Part shown: piece after piece, positions 8,854 through 17,099 of the stretch
Position numbering within the stretch: the stretch's first letter is position 1
How the letters are laid out: every line of letters begins with the position of its first letter
Assembly (NCBI GenBank): GCA_035714205.1
Contig: DASTMJ010000205.1
Coordinates: forward strand, 1-55,695
Origin: Flavisolibacter sp.
GTDB lineage: Bacteria > Bacteroidota > Bacteroidia > Chitinophagales > Chitinophagaceae
Direction: 5' to 3'
DNA: 55,695 nucleotides
Program-made: the position numbers and the translations under genes
The notes under the pieces: generated by a model
Databases searched by the model: none
Told to the model about the DNA's origin: nothing
The model's input: the letters and a program-made list of their open reading frames with translations, nothing else

Positions 8854-9258
8854 ATGAAAATCCCGTTAGATCCTTCCACAACGTTAATGGATATTCAGAG
8901 GCAATTCCAGTTGATGTTCCCTTTACTTAGCATTAGATTTTCTGATAAAGAACACCAGTTTGGCGAAGCCATTCTTCATGGTCATTGGCATGATGAGTCA
9001 TTACCATTTCTTTCCATTACCAAAACCCGCTACCGGGACTATATTGAAATTGAAAAGTGGTATAAAACGGGGGATGTAGAACAATTGTTGCAAAAGTTCT
9101 TTGGAGTACATCCGCAGGTATTCAGGAAACAAAACGATTCATGGATTCAAACTGCAGGCACTGATGAATTTACCCTTGAAGAACAAAATGAAATAGCGCA
9201 AAAAAATATACAGGATGAAATGGGCAGCTTCTGGCCAAAAACCGATGCTTTATTGTAA
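8854..9258 (+). CDS. Hypothetical protein, paralog of 7055-7447
   Basis: QVFRKQNDSWIQTAGTDEFTLEEQN aligns with QVFRRSGNDWLETRGTEHLTLETQN. Confidence 0.8.
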   Translation: MKIPLDPSTTLMDIQRQFQLMFPLLSIRFSDKEHQFGEAILHGHWHDESLPFLSITKTRYRDYIEIEKWYKTGDVEQLLQKFFGVHPQVFRKQNDSWIQTAGTDEFTLEEQNEIAQKNIQDEMGSFWPKTDALL

Positions 9259-9462
9259 TCCAGTGTTGTACTAGTATTTCTATGGAATTCCTGCCCTTAG
9301 AAATTGTGGATAAGAACAAATTCCCGATGATGATGCCACTTATAATTACTACATCTGGGTTAGCCAGTAGAGGTTGGTATTTGTATTCTGATAGACGGAA
9401 AACCTTTTTTGCGAAAAAGCGGGGTTCTTGTAGACAGGAAGGTTCAATAATGTGACAGCCTC

Positions 9463-9527
9463 TGATTGCTGTCATTGAACGGAGTGATGGGCATCATTGC
9501 ATTAAGCTTAAACTTGGCTTAGCATTG
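9463..9527 (+). promoter_or_regulatory. Tandem Crp/Fnr-like box promoter
   Basis: TGATTGCTGTCA (9463-9474), TGATGGGCATCA (9485-9496), TAGCATTG (9520-9527). Confidence 0.78.
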
Positions 9528-9579
9528 CCATGTGATTTTTAGGAAGCATGAAGTAGGTAAAATTTAAAACTTATCAGGT

Positions 9580-10074
9580 ATGAAAAAAATAACAATAATA
9601 CAGCTGGCAGTCAGCCTGCTTTGTGCAGGGTATATTCAAACTGCCGTTGCCCAGGTGGATACGATGAAAACACTTGAGCCTGTTGTGATTTATGCAAAAT
9701 CAAATGTAAATAAAGCTGTTACTGATGCCTTTGATAAACATTTTAAGGATGCGATGGACCCACAGTGGTTCCGTATGAATAAAGACTTTCTTGTAACGTT
9801 TATTACAGGAGATATGAAGAATAATGCCTTATTCCGCAAGAATGGCAAAATGGTTTATCATGTTAGTTATGGCCAGGACCATAACCTTCCTGATGAATTA
9901 AAAACACAGGTGCAAAATGGATATCCCGACTATAATATTACCAGGGTGGTAAATGTAAAGATGGATAACAGGGATGTATGGGTTGTAAATTTAGAAGGTC
10001 TAAAAAAATGGATCATTGTACGAATGGAGGACGGTGAATTGGAAGAAGTAGAGAACTATGACAAGGCAAGCTAA
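9580..10074 (+). CDS. Exported PepSY-like/BLIP-like (DUF2874-type) protein
   Basis: Signal peptide (AVA-Q); two repeats VNKAVTDAFDKHFKDA..W and LPDELKTQVQNGYPDYNI. Confidence 0.65.
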   Translation: MKKITIIQLAVSLLCAGYIQTAVAQVDTMKTLEPVVIYAKSNVNKAVTDAFDKHFKDAMDPQWFRMNKDFLVTFITGDMKNNALFRKNGKMVYHVSYGQDHNLPDELKTQVQNGYPDYNITRVVNVKMDNRDVWVVNLEGLKKWIIVRMEDGELEEVENYDKAS

Positions 10075-10116
10075 AATTTATTGACCAGAATTTTTCGAAT
10101 CAGGTTCTCTGCCTGT

Positions 10117-10146
10117 AAAAAGAGTTGCATCCTGCAACTCTTTTTT
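10117..10146. terminator. Bidirectional intrinsic terminator
   Basis: AAAAAGAGTTGCA-tcc-TGCAACTCTTTTTT between convergent genes. Confidence 0.85.
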
Positions 10147-10179
10147 GTTGCCCGATTAAATTTATTTATGGTTAAAATA

Positions 10180-10551
10180 CTATTCTTCATAGATCCATTT
10201 TTTGAAATGAGGTGCCGTTTCCTGGCTTACTATTATTGAGTGGTTGTTGGAACGTAGTGTAAGATTTACTTCCAGTTTTACTTTTTCAAAAGACCTGAAA
10301 CCCTTGATGTAATGTATATTGATCAAATATTTTCGATTGGCCCTGAAAAACAGTGAGGGGTCCAGTTCTTCTTCCAATGCGGAAAGGTTTTTATCGCACA
10401 AGTATTTTTTCTCGTTTTTATCTACTGCAATAATCACAGTATGATCCCTGAATATAAAAGCAATGTCTTCTAGTTTTAATGCGATATTTTCATTGCCCTT
10501 TCTCACAATTAATCTTGTTTTCATTTTTTTCATAGTTTTCAGTCGTTCCAT
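10180..10551 (-). CDS. Stand-alone LytTR DNA-binding domain protein
   Basis: LSALEEELDPSLFFRANRKYLINI..IIVSQETAPHFKKW; in-frame stop just upstream, so no REC domain. Confidence 0.9.
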   Translation of the reverse strand: MERLKTMKKMKTRLIVRKGNENIALKLEDIAFIFRDHTVIIAVDKNEKKYLCDKNLSALEEELDPSLFFRANRKYLINIHYIKGFRSFEKVKLEVNLTLRSNNHSIIVSQETAPHFKKWIYEE

Positions 10552-10620
10552 CGTTCACGATTTCCTTCGTAAAATATTTACAAATGCCAGGAATTTCTTT
10601 GTCACAAGTTGCGCATATGA

Positions 10621-10770
10621 TGAACGGAAATTTAGATGTGTGAACGTTAGTAAATAATTGTGCATAGTTTTTTGATGGATTTCATCTGCGATTTTTCACG
10701 CTTCATTTATGGATGCAGAAAAATTTCAACCTTGTTATTTGTCATTTCAAGCACCTGTTTAGCTGTTTCA
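10621..10770. promoter_or_regulatory. Phased direct repeats, candidate LytTR sites
   Basis: TTCA cores at 10681, 10702, 10725, 10746, 10767 (21-23 bp period, plus strand); TGAACG at 10621 and 10641 facing lytTR. Confidence 0.55.
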
Positions 10771-11047
10771 GAATTATGAAGCAGGCCATCTATTCCCGGG
10801 GAAAATTTTCACTTGATTTGGCTCCTATTATTTACCTGGTTTTTCTTTTCACTGTAAAACCCCGGATTCAAACAGGCTAATTGCGGATTTATACCAGAGA
10901 TCTGCGCCTTCGCATTTATTCCTCTTTTTTTTATCCATATTTTTTCCTGTTTCATATGATCAATTTCATGGTTTACATATTGATTGATGTTTGTTTGAAT
11001 CAATTCTAATCAACTTGTGGTCTTTGATAACAAAACACTTCATGCTG

Positions 11048-14000
11048 ATGAGAAAAGATATTATGTTATGCTTCGGCTTTTTCCTGCTAAGTATGCAGGT
11101 GATGGCCCAAACCAGGATTGTTTCCGGAAAAATTTCGGATACACAAGGCAAGGCAATTCCCGGAGCTTCCATTGTAGTAAAGGGAACAACCAACGGTACT
11201 TTAAGTGCAAACGATGGTTCGTTTACATTGTCGGTGCCGGAAAATGCAACCTCGCTGCTGGTATCAAATATTGGAATGGGCGAAAAAGAGATTAGTCTTA
11301 CTGACGCCTCTTCTTATAATATTATATTAACTACGGTTACAAAAAACGACCTGCAGGAAGTAGTAGTGGTTGGTTATGGTACCCAAAGGCGGGCGAACGT
11401 TACTGCGTCTATCTCCACTGTGAAGGCTGCGGAAATTGAAAACAAGCCATTTACTTCTGTAGATCAAATGCTGCAGGGTAAAGTAGCAGGTTTACAGGCA
11501 CCACTTTCAACGGGTCAGCCAGGTGCAGCGCAACCCATTCGGATAAGAGGTATCGGTTCAGTTAGTGCAGGGGCTAGCCCCTTATATGTTGTGGATGGTA
11601 TTATTGTAAATTTTGGTGACCTTTCAAGACTTTCAACCACTTCAAATGCACTATCCGGACTTAATCAAAACGATATTGAATCGGTTAACGTTTTGAAAGA
11701 TGCACAGGCAACATCCATTTATGGTTCAAGAGGCTCGAATGGTGTAATTGTAATCACCACAAAAAAGGGACGTGCAGGAAAAACTAAGTACAGGGCCGAT
11801 GTGGAGATGGGGGTCAATTCTTTGGCGCCTTTACCGGATAATGCTCATTTTTTGAATGCAGAAGAGTACCTGATGCTGCAGGAAGAAGGTTTGATAAATC
11901 GTGGTGCGACCCAGGCGCAAATTGATGCAACACTAGCTGCGTTAGGAAAGGGAAGTGGTGTTGACACGGACTGGATGGATCTTGTTCAACGTAATGGAGT
12001 GCAGCAACAATACAATTTATCTGCCAGCGGGGGTGATGCCAAGAACCAGTTTTATGTTTCGGGAGGTTATTTTAAACAGCAGGCGGCTGTAATTCCAGCC
12101 GAATTCAAAAGATATTCGCTAAGAACGAATTACAAGCACATAAGCAGTGATAAATTGAATTTTAATATCATTCTCAATGCTTCTCACTCTTACCAGAATA
12201 CACCACTGAATGGTGGTTTATTTGCCAGCCCTATTTCAGCAGTTGCCTGGTTGCGTCCTACAATGAACCCTTATAATGCTGACGGAAGTTTAAATATCAG
12301 CACAACAGGTGGATCTAATTTTAATAATGGGGCGTATAACCCGCTTTATATTGCCAAATATGACAAGAACGATCTGAACAGAACCCTGTTGCAGGGAAAT
12401 ATCAGTGCGGAATATGCCATTCTCAAAGGGCTGAGGTTTACATCGCGGTACGGAGTGGATTATAATCAAATGGAAGAATACAATTATTATAACCAGTTTC
12501 ATGGCGATGGTCCATCTCAGGGTGGCATTGGCCTGGCCTACTATACAAGATATTTCAACTGGATCGCTACCAATCAATTGGATTATAATACGTCTTTTGG
12601 GAGCGATGGATTATTAAGGCTGGACGCAAAACTTGGATATGAAGCACAAAAATCCAAGAATTATAACATAAATGCCCGGGCAGATGGTTTTCCTCCAAAC
12701 AGTGATCTGTATCTTTCGGTAAATGCTGCCACACCTAAAGCCGGTGCTGCCTCAGCTTCCGATTATGATTTCGCCGGACTTTATTCTGCTATAACATTCA
12801 ATTTCGATGACAAATATATTCTTAGCGGAAGTTTTCGCAGGGATGGATCATCAAGATTTAGTGATAATACAAAATATGGTAATTTCTGGTCTGTAGGCGG
12901 TGCCTGGAACATCAATAAGGAGGATTTTTTTGCTGCCCTATCTTTTGTAAATTCTCTAAAACTCAGGGCATCGTATGGTAAAACGGGTAATGCAAGTCTT
13001 GGAGATTATGCATGGCGACAAACCTATGGTTTTGGTTTCAACTATAACGGCCAGCCTGGTGGCACCTTTAATGTGGTAGGAAATGAAAATCTTACCTGGG
13101 AAAGCACCAACCAGGCCGATATTGGTATGGATGCAAGCTTTTTAAATGACCGAATCAGTATTGTAGTTGATGTATACAGACGCGTTTCTGACCGGCTGTT
13201 GTTCTCGCAACCTCTTTCACGAACGACAGGATTTACCTCATTTACCAATAACATTGGGAAGTTGGAAAATAAAGGAATTGAATTCACATTAAATGCAACA
13301 CCATTACGAACGAAAGATTTTTCGTGGGATTTAAGTTTCAATATCACTCATAATAAGAATAAGGTTTTAAAGCTACCCGATGGAAAGGATATAGTAGACG
13401 GCGCTTTTATTTTGAGAGAAGGTTATGATTACCGAACTTTTTATGTAAGGGAATGGGCCGGTGTGGATCCTGCAAACGGCGACCCGTTATGGTACGTTGA
13501 TGGTTCGCATGAAGAGACAACGAATAATTATAATTCGGCACAACGTCAGCTGATTGGCAGTGCATCACCAAAATATTTTGGCGGGCTTACCAATTCCTTT
13601 TCGTTCAAAGGTTTTACGCTTGCAGCAGATCTTGTGTATAATTATGGAAACCGGGTAAGAGATGGCTGGATATTTTACCTGGCAGATGGCGCCTACCCTC
13701 CGTTCAATAAATACCGTATCAATTTACAAAGATGGCAAAAGCCGGGAGATGTTACCGACGTTCCCAAATATGTGTATGGATCAACTAATAGCTCAAGCAG
13801 TTTTTCTACACGTTTCTTAAATAAAGGCGATTTCATCAAGTTAAGAAATGTAACCATCAGTTATGACCTGAACAGTAGTTTAATTAGTCGTATTGGGCTG
13901 AACAGTGCACGGTTTTATGTAAGAGGCACCAATTTGTTGACAAAAACGTACGACAACAACTTAACCATAGATCCCGAGCAAGGCATAAACGGAGCTTCCA

Positions 14001-14056
14001 ACCAGGATATTTATTACACCAGGTCTGTTACAGCAGGATTAAATATTGGATTTTAA
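11048..14056 (+). CDS. susC: SusC/RagA TonB-dependent transporter
   Basis: LQEVVVVGYG, IRIRG, PLYVVDG, DIESVNVLKDAQATSIYGSRGSNGVIVITTKKG, LTWE, terminal F; start 11042 or 11048. Confidence 0.96.
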   Translation: MRKDIMLCFGFFLLSMQVMAQTRIVSGKISDTQGKAIPGASIVVKGTTNGTLSANDGSFTLSVPENATSLLVSNIGMGEKEISLTDASSYNIILTTVTKNDLQEVVVVGYGTQRRANVTASISTVKAAEIENKPFTSVDQMLQGKVAGLQAPLSTGQPGAAQPIRIRGIGSVSAGASPLYVVDGIIVNFGDLSRLSTTSNALSGLNQNDIESVNVLKDAQATSIYGSRGSNGVIVITTKKGRAGKTKYRADVEMGVNSLAPLPDNAHFLNAEEYLMLQEEGLINRGATQAQIDATLAALGKGSGVDTDWMDLVQRNGVQQQYNLSASGGDAKNQFYVSGGYFKQQAAVIPAEFKRYSLRTNYKHISSDKLNFNIILNASHSYQNTPLNGGLFASPISAVAWLRPTMNPYNADGSLNISTTGGSNFNNGAYNPLYIAKYDKNDLNRTLLQGNISAEYAILKGLRFTSRYGVDYNQMEEYNYYNQFHGDGPSQGGIGLAYYTRYFNWIATNQLDYNTSFGSDGLLRLDAKLGYEAQKSKNYNINARADGFPPNSDLYLSVNAATPKAGAASASDYDFAGLYSAITFNFDDKYILSGSFRRDGSSRFSDNTKYGNFWSVGGAWNINKEDFFAALSFVNSLKLRASYGKTGNASLGDYAWRQTYGFGFNYNGQPGGTFNVVGNENLTWESTNQADIGMDASFLNDRISIVVDVYRRVSDRLLFSQPLSRTTGFTSFTNNIGKLENKGIEFTLNATPLRTKDFSWDLSFNITHNKNKVLKLPDGKDIVDGAFILREGYDYRTFYVREWAGVDPANGDPLWYVDGSHEETTNNYNSAQRQLIGSASPKYFGGLTNSFSFKGFTLAADLVYNYGNRVRDGWIFYLADGAYPPFNKYRINLQRWQKPGDVTDVPKYVYGSTNSSSSFSTRFLNKGDFIKLRNVTISYDLNSSLISRIGLNSARFYVRGTNLLTKTYDNNLTIDPEQGINGASNQDIYYTRSVTAGLNIGF

Positions 14057-14070
14057 TTAAAAAATTTATC

Positions 14071-15534
14071 ATGAGCTCAAACAAAATAATTATATCAATA
14101 GCAGCCATATTGATTTTTACAGGCTGCAAAAAAGAATTTTTCAACCAGGAGCCTTACAATTCGCTCCCGTTGAATGAAGCCATCAAATCCGAAGCCGATC
14201 TAAATACAGCTGCCAATGGCATGTACAGCAGTTTGCGAAGTGTTAATTTATATGGACGTACACTGATTGTAAAAGGTGACCTGATGGCTGACGATGTATA
14301 CCTGAAGCCTACCAACTCTGGCCGGTACTTATGGGCTAGAGACTATAATCAAACGGCAGCAAATGGCGATATGGAAGGTGCATGGAACTCTGCTTATAGT
14401 GCCATTAAAAATGCTAATACGGTTATTAACGCCGATTTGCCATCATCTACCATAGTAGATGAATTAAAGGGTGAGGCTTATGCTGTAAGGGGTTTAATGC
14501 ATTTTGAACTGGTGAAGCATTTTGCAAAACCCTATACGGTCGATCCCGGTGCGCTGGGGGTGCCCATCGTTACTTCTTTTAACCAAAACGCAATGCCGGC
14601 CAGGAATACGCTACAGGAAGTTTACACCCAGATCATAGCAGATCTTAACCAGGCATTTACTTTAATGACAAGAAATGCAGGTGAATCATTTAAAATAATC
14701 AGCACAAACTATACCCGGGTAAAAAATAGCTCGCATATGAGTAAATACACGGCAAAAGCCTTGCTTGCCAGGGTATACCAGCATATGGGTGATTGGGAAG
14801 GTGCAAGAGAAGCTGCACTTGATGTTATAAATAACAGCGGGTTTAGTTTGGTTGAACCGGGTTCTTTTGCGGCTTACTGGAAAAGCCCCGCATTCAGGAC
14901 AGATCGGGTAGAAACGTTGTTTGAAGTGTCTACAGACATTGCCGGGAACCTTGGCACAAATTCCTTATCAGCATTTTATGATGCCTTTGGTGGCGGTTAT
15001 GGCGATGTTTGGGTAACAACTGAACATTTTGAACAGTATAGTGCAACAGATGTAAGAACCCAGGTGATTGGGGTGAGCACAACATTATCTCCCGGAAACA
15101 CTGTATATACAATTTATAAATACCAGAACAATACCAATGCGGTTGATAAAGATGATACAAAGGTTATACGTTTTGCCGATGTTGTATTGATTTTAGCGGA
15201 AGCTTACGCCAATTTAGGTGATGATGCCAATGCAAGATTGTGGCTGAATGTTCTGGCTCAAAAAAGAGACCCTGCCTTTACAGGCTACGTTTCATCCGGG
15301 GATGAATTAAAAGCAGATATTCTCCAGGAAAGGAGAAAGGAGTTTGCATTTGAAGGCATGCGATTTTTTGATCTGACACGTTTGAATTTGCCCATTCCTA
15401 ATCATACGATTTCTCAATTTCCCACTGTATTGCTACCAATAGATGCTAATGAGAACCGGAGGGTTAATGCTATCCCACAATCAGAAATTGATGCGAATCC
15501 AAACATCAGGAATCAACAAAATGAGGGGTATTAA
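14071..15534 (+). CDS. susD: SusD/RagB lipoprotein
   Basis: Lipobox FTGC; GEAYAVRG, AKALLARVY, RFADVVLILAEA, ERRKEFAFEGMRFFDLTR, QNEGY. Confidence 0.95.
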   Translation: MSSNKIIISIAAILIFTGCKKEFFNQEPYNSLPLNEAIKSEADLNTAANGMYSSLRSVNLYGRTLIVKGDLMADDVYLKPTNSGRYLWARDYNQTAANGDMEGAWNSAYSAIKNANTVINADLPSSTIVDELKGEAYAVRGLMHFELVKHFAKPYTVDPGALGVPIVTSFNQNAMPARNTLQEVYTQIIADLNQAFTLMTRNAGESFKIISTNYTRVKNSSHMSKYTAKALLARVYQHMGDWEGAREAALDVINNSGFSLVEPGSFAAYWKSPAFRTDRVETLFEVSTDIAGNLGTNSLSAFYDAFGGGYGDVWVTTEHFEQYSATDVRTQVIGVSTTLSPGNTVYTIYKYQNNTNAVDKDDTKVIRFADVVLILAEAYANLGDDANARLWLNVLAQKRDPAFTGYVSSGDELKADILQERRKEFAFEGMRFFDLTRLNLPIPNHTISQFPTVLLPIDANENRRVNAIPQSEIDANPNIRNQQNEGY

Positions 15535-15551
15535 ATGAATATTGACCGAAT

Positions 15552-15580
15552 AAAAAGGGCTGCACAGGCAGCCTTTTTTT
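15552..15580 (+). terminator. Intrinsic terminator of susCD
   Basis: AAAAAGGGCTGC-acag-GCAGCCTTTTTTT. Confidence 0.85.
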
Positions 15581-15612
15581 ATGTAGAGATACTGCAACAT
15601 GGTATTAATTAA

Positions 15613-15726
15613 CTGGTTCATTTACAGATAAAAACCGGTTCAGTTTATTGATATTAATGGTTCGGATAGTAAATGTGCTGTTTCAGATATGTTGACTTAA
15701 AAATGAAATAAGTGCACCTTAATTTG
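15613..15726 (+). promoter_or_regulatory. Four phased repeats plus -7-like element
   Basis: GGTTCA 15615, GGTTCA 15637, GGTTCG 15659, GTTTCA 15680 (22/22/21 bp); TTAATTTG 15719-15726. Confidence 0.62.
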
Positions 15727-15730
15727 CACT

Positions 15731-15828
15731 CAGAATTATTCTCATGTGCGAGGGATTGGTCACAATCCGTCTAATAGTTAAAAATTATTAAGTAGTCCAC
15801 GGGCGGTTTCCACCGCCCGTTTTGTTTT
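15731..15828 (+). ncRNA. Candidate ~98-nt sRNA (B)
   Basis: Own promoter array; seed TTCTCATGTGC (15739-15749); hairpin GGATTG-gtca-CAATCC; terminator ACGGGCGG-tttcca-CCGCCCGT-TTTGTTTT. Confidence 0.55.
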
Positions 15829-15855
15829 AAACATCGAAAACAATATAATAGAAAT

Positions 15856-15879
15856 AAAAATGCCGGGAAGTTTCCCGGC
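15856..15879 (-). terminator. Terminator of the AraC gene
   Basis: GCCGGGAA-gt-TTCCCGGC preceded by an A-tract (U-tract on the minus strand). Confidence 0.75.
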
Positions 15880-15897
15880 CTGGTATTTTTGAACTTG

Positions 15898-16782
15898 TTA
15901 TCTAACCATAGAGGGTGAAATGCCATAAAATTTTTTAAAGGCCTTACTAAAGGTAAACACATCGGGGAAGCTGCAGAGGATAGCTATGTCTGACACCGAA
16001 TGGTTTTTTTGGGTCAGCAATTGTTTTGCCAATTGCATTTTATTCTCTGTTATGTATTGATACGGGGTTTTCTTGTATACTTCTTTAAATCTCCGGAAGA
16101 AATGGTACTCCGACATATTGCAGTAATCGGCCACCTCTTTGATTTCGGAAATCTGCAAAAAATTTGCATCAATAAATTCTTTCGCCAGTTGAAGTCTTTG
16201 TAGCACTTCTTTTTTGGTTGATGGTTTCACTGAATTAATTTCATTTAGTGCCAGGTAGTTGCCATATTCCTGGTAAACGATTCTTTCCGAAAGATCTAAG
16301 AACCATTCTTTATTTACGGCAGGAGCATTGCCAGCTGTGATGGTGGCACAAAGATTTTTTAGTTTATGTCCAATGGATGTGTTTTGACTGGAGTGAATAC
16401 TCTCATAAAAAGCGGGGTATTTAAAGTAGCCAGCCAGGTAATTATCCAGGTCTTCGTTTTTTGAAGTTAGTACAGTAAAAGCCTGGGCTAGAGTTTCAGG
16501 ACAAATGTCAATACAAATACTTTTTACAACGGTTTTGTTTTCGAAATAAGCTTTCACGTTGGGGTGTTTGCAGGCCAGTAAAAACTGATTTGCCTGCACC
16601 GCATGTACTTTACCCTGCACATTGTAATAGATACACTGATCAATAACAAATTTCAGGCTGAAACTTCTGAATGCATTTTGTGTATACCATTCATGCAATT
16701 CAGAATAATAAATCATGTCGCTGTTCAATGGTTTGTTCAGCGATAATTTATTATTCTCGTTGATCCTTTCAAACATCCTCAT
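15898..16782 (-). CDS. AraC family transcriptional regulator
   Basis: Double HTH: EVADYCNMSEYHFFRRFKEVYKKTPYQY and SVSDIAILCSFPDVFTFSKAFKKFYGISP. Confidence 0.93.
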   Translation of the reverse strand: MRMFERINENNKLSLNKPLNSDMIYYSELHEWYTQNAFRSFSLKFVIDQCIYYNVQGKVHAVQANQFLLACKHPNVKAYFENKTVVKSICIDICPETLAQAFTVLTSKNEDLDNYLAGYFKYPAFYESIHSSQNTSIGHKLKNLCATITAGNAPAVNKEWFLDLSERIVYQEYGNYLALNEINSVKPSTKKEVLQRLQLAKEFIDANFLQISEIKEVADYCNMSEYHFFRRFKEVYKKTPYQYITENKMQLAKQLLTQKNHSVSDIAILCSFPDVFTFSKAFKKFYGISPSMVR

Positions 16783-17099
16783 GTAGTTGGTTTCTGTATG
16801 CTAAGATTCATTTTTACAGTTGATTTGCTGCTTTGCCTGTATAACCATTTTGCCATTTATCATATAGCGTCAACAGGCTGTATGCGGACATTATTATATA
16901 ACGTTGCCCAATAAGAAACCGGTAAAGATTGATACCTGAAAAATCATGCTTCAGAATTAGAATTTCATGGTTTATGGGGTGGCAGGCAGGAGTGTGATCT
17001 AAAAAGTGAAATTTTTCTCACCAACCTATTTCAAGATTTCTGGCACCAACTTAGCTGCAAAAATTAAGAATGCTCATTTTGTAAACGTGAATACTTAGA

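Noticed and set aside
9282-9455. 57-codon plus-strand ORF MEFLPLEIVDKNKFPMMMPL..
   Set aside because: No recognisable family or promoter; may be a gene remnant but cannot be supported
10991-11047. N-terminal extensions in the ORF track (susC 10991, porU 23886, gldJ 23734, aminotransferase 45797, ubiE 36358)
   Set aside because: Signal peptides or -7 elements place the true starts at downstream ATGs
15613-15685. Phased repeats (also 10679-10770) as a possible CRISPR or iteron array
   Set aside because: Repeat cores are only 5-8 nt with a 21-23 bp period; no cas or rep gene; fits transcription-factor sites
16798-16914. 38-codon plus-strand ORF upstream of AraC
   Set aside because: Starts 16 nt from the divergent AraC start, with no motif or supporting signals
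10962-16974. Identical 14-mer AATTTCATGGTTTA at 10962 and 16961
   Set aside because: AT-rich 14-mer matches are expected by chance in 55 kb; the minus-strand ORFs they start are only MKLII and MKF
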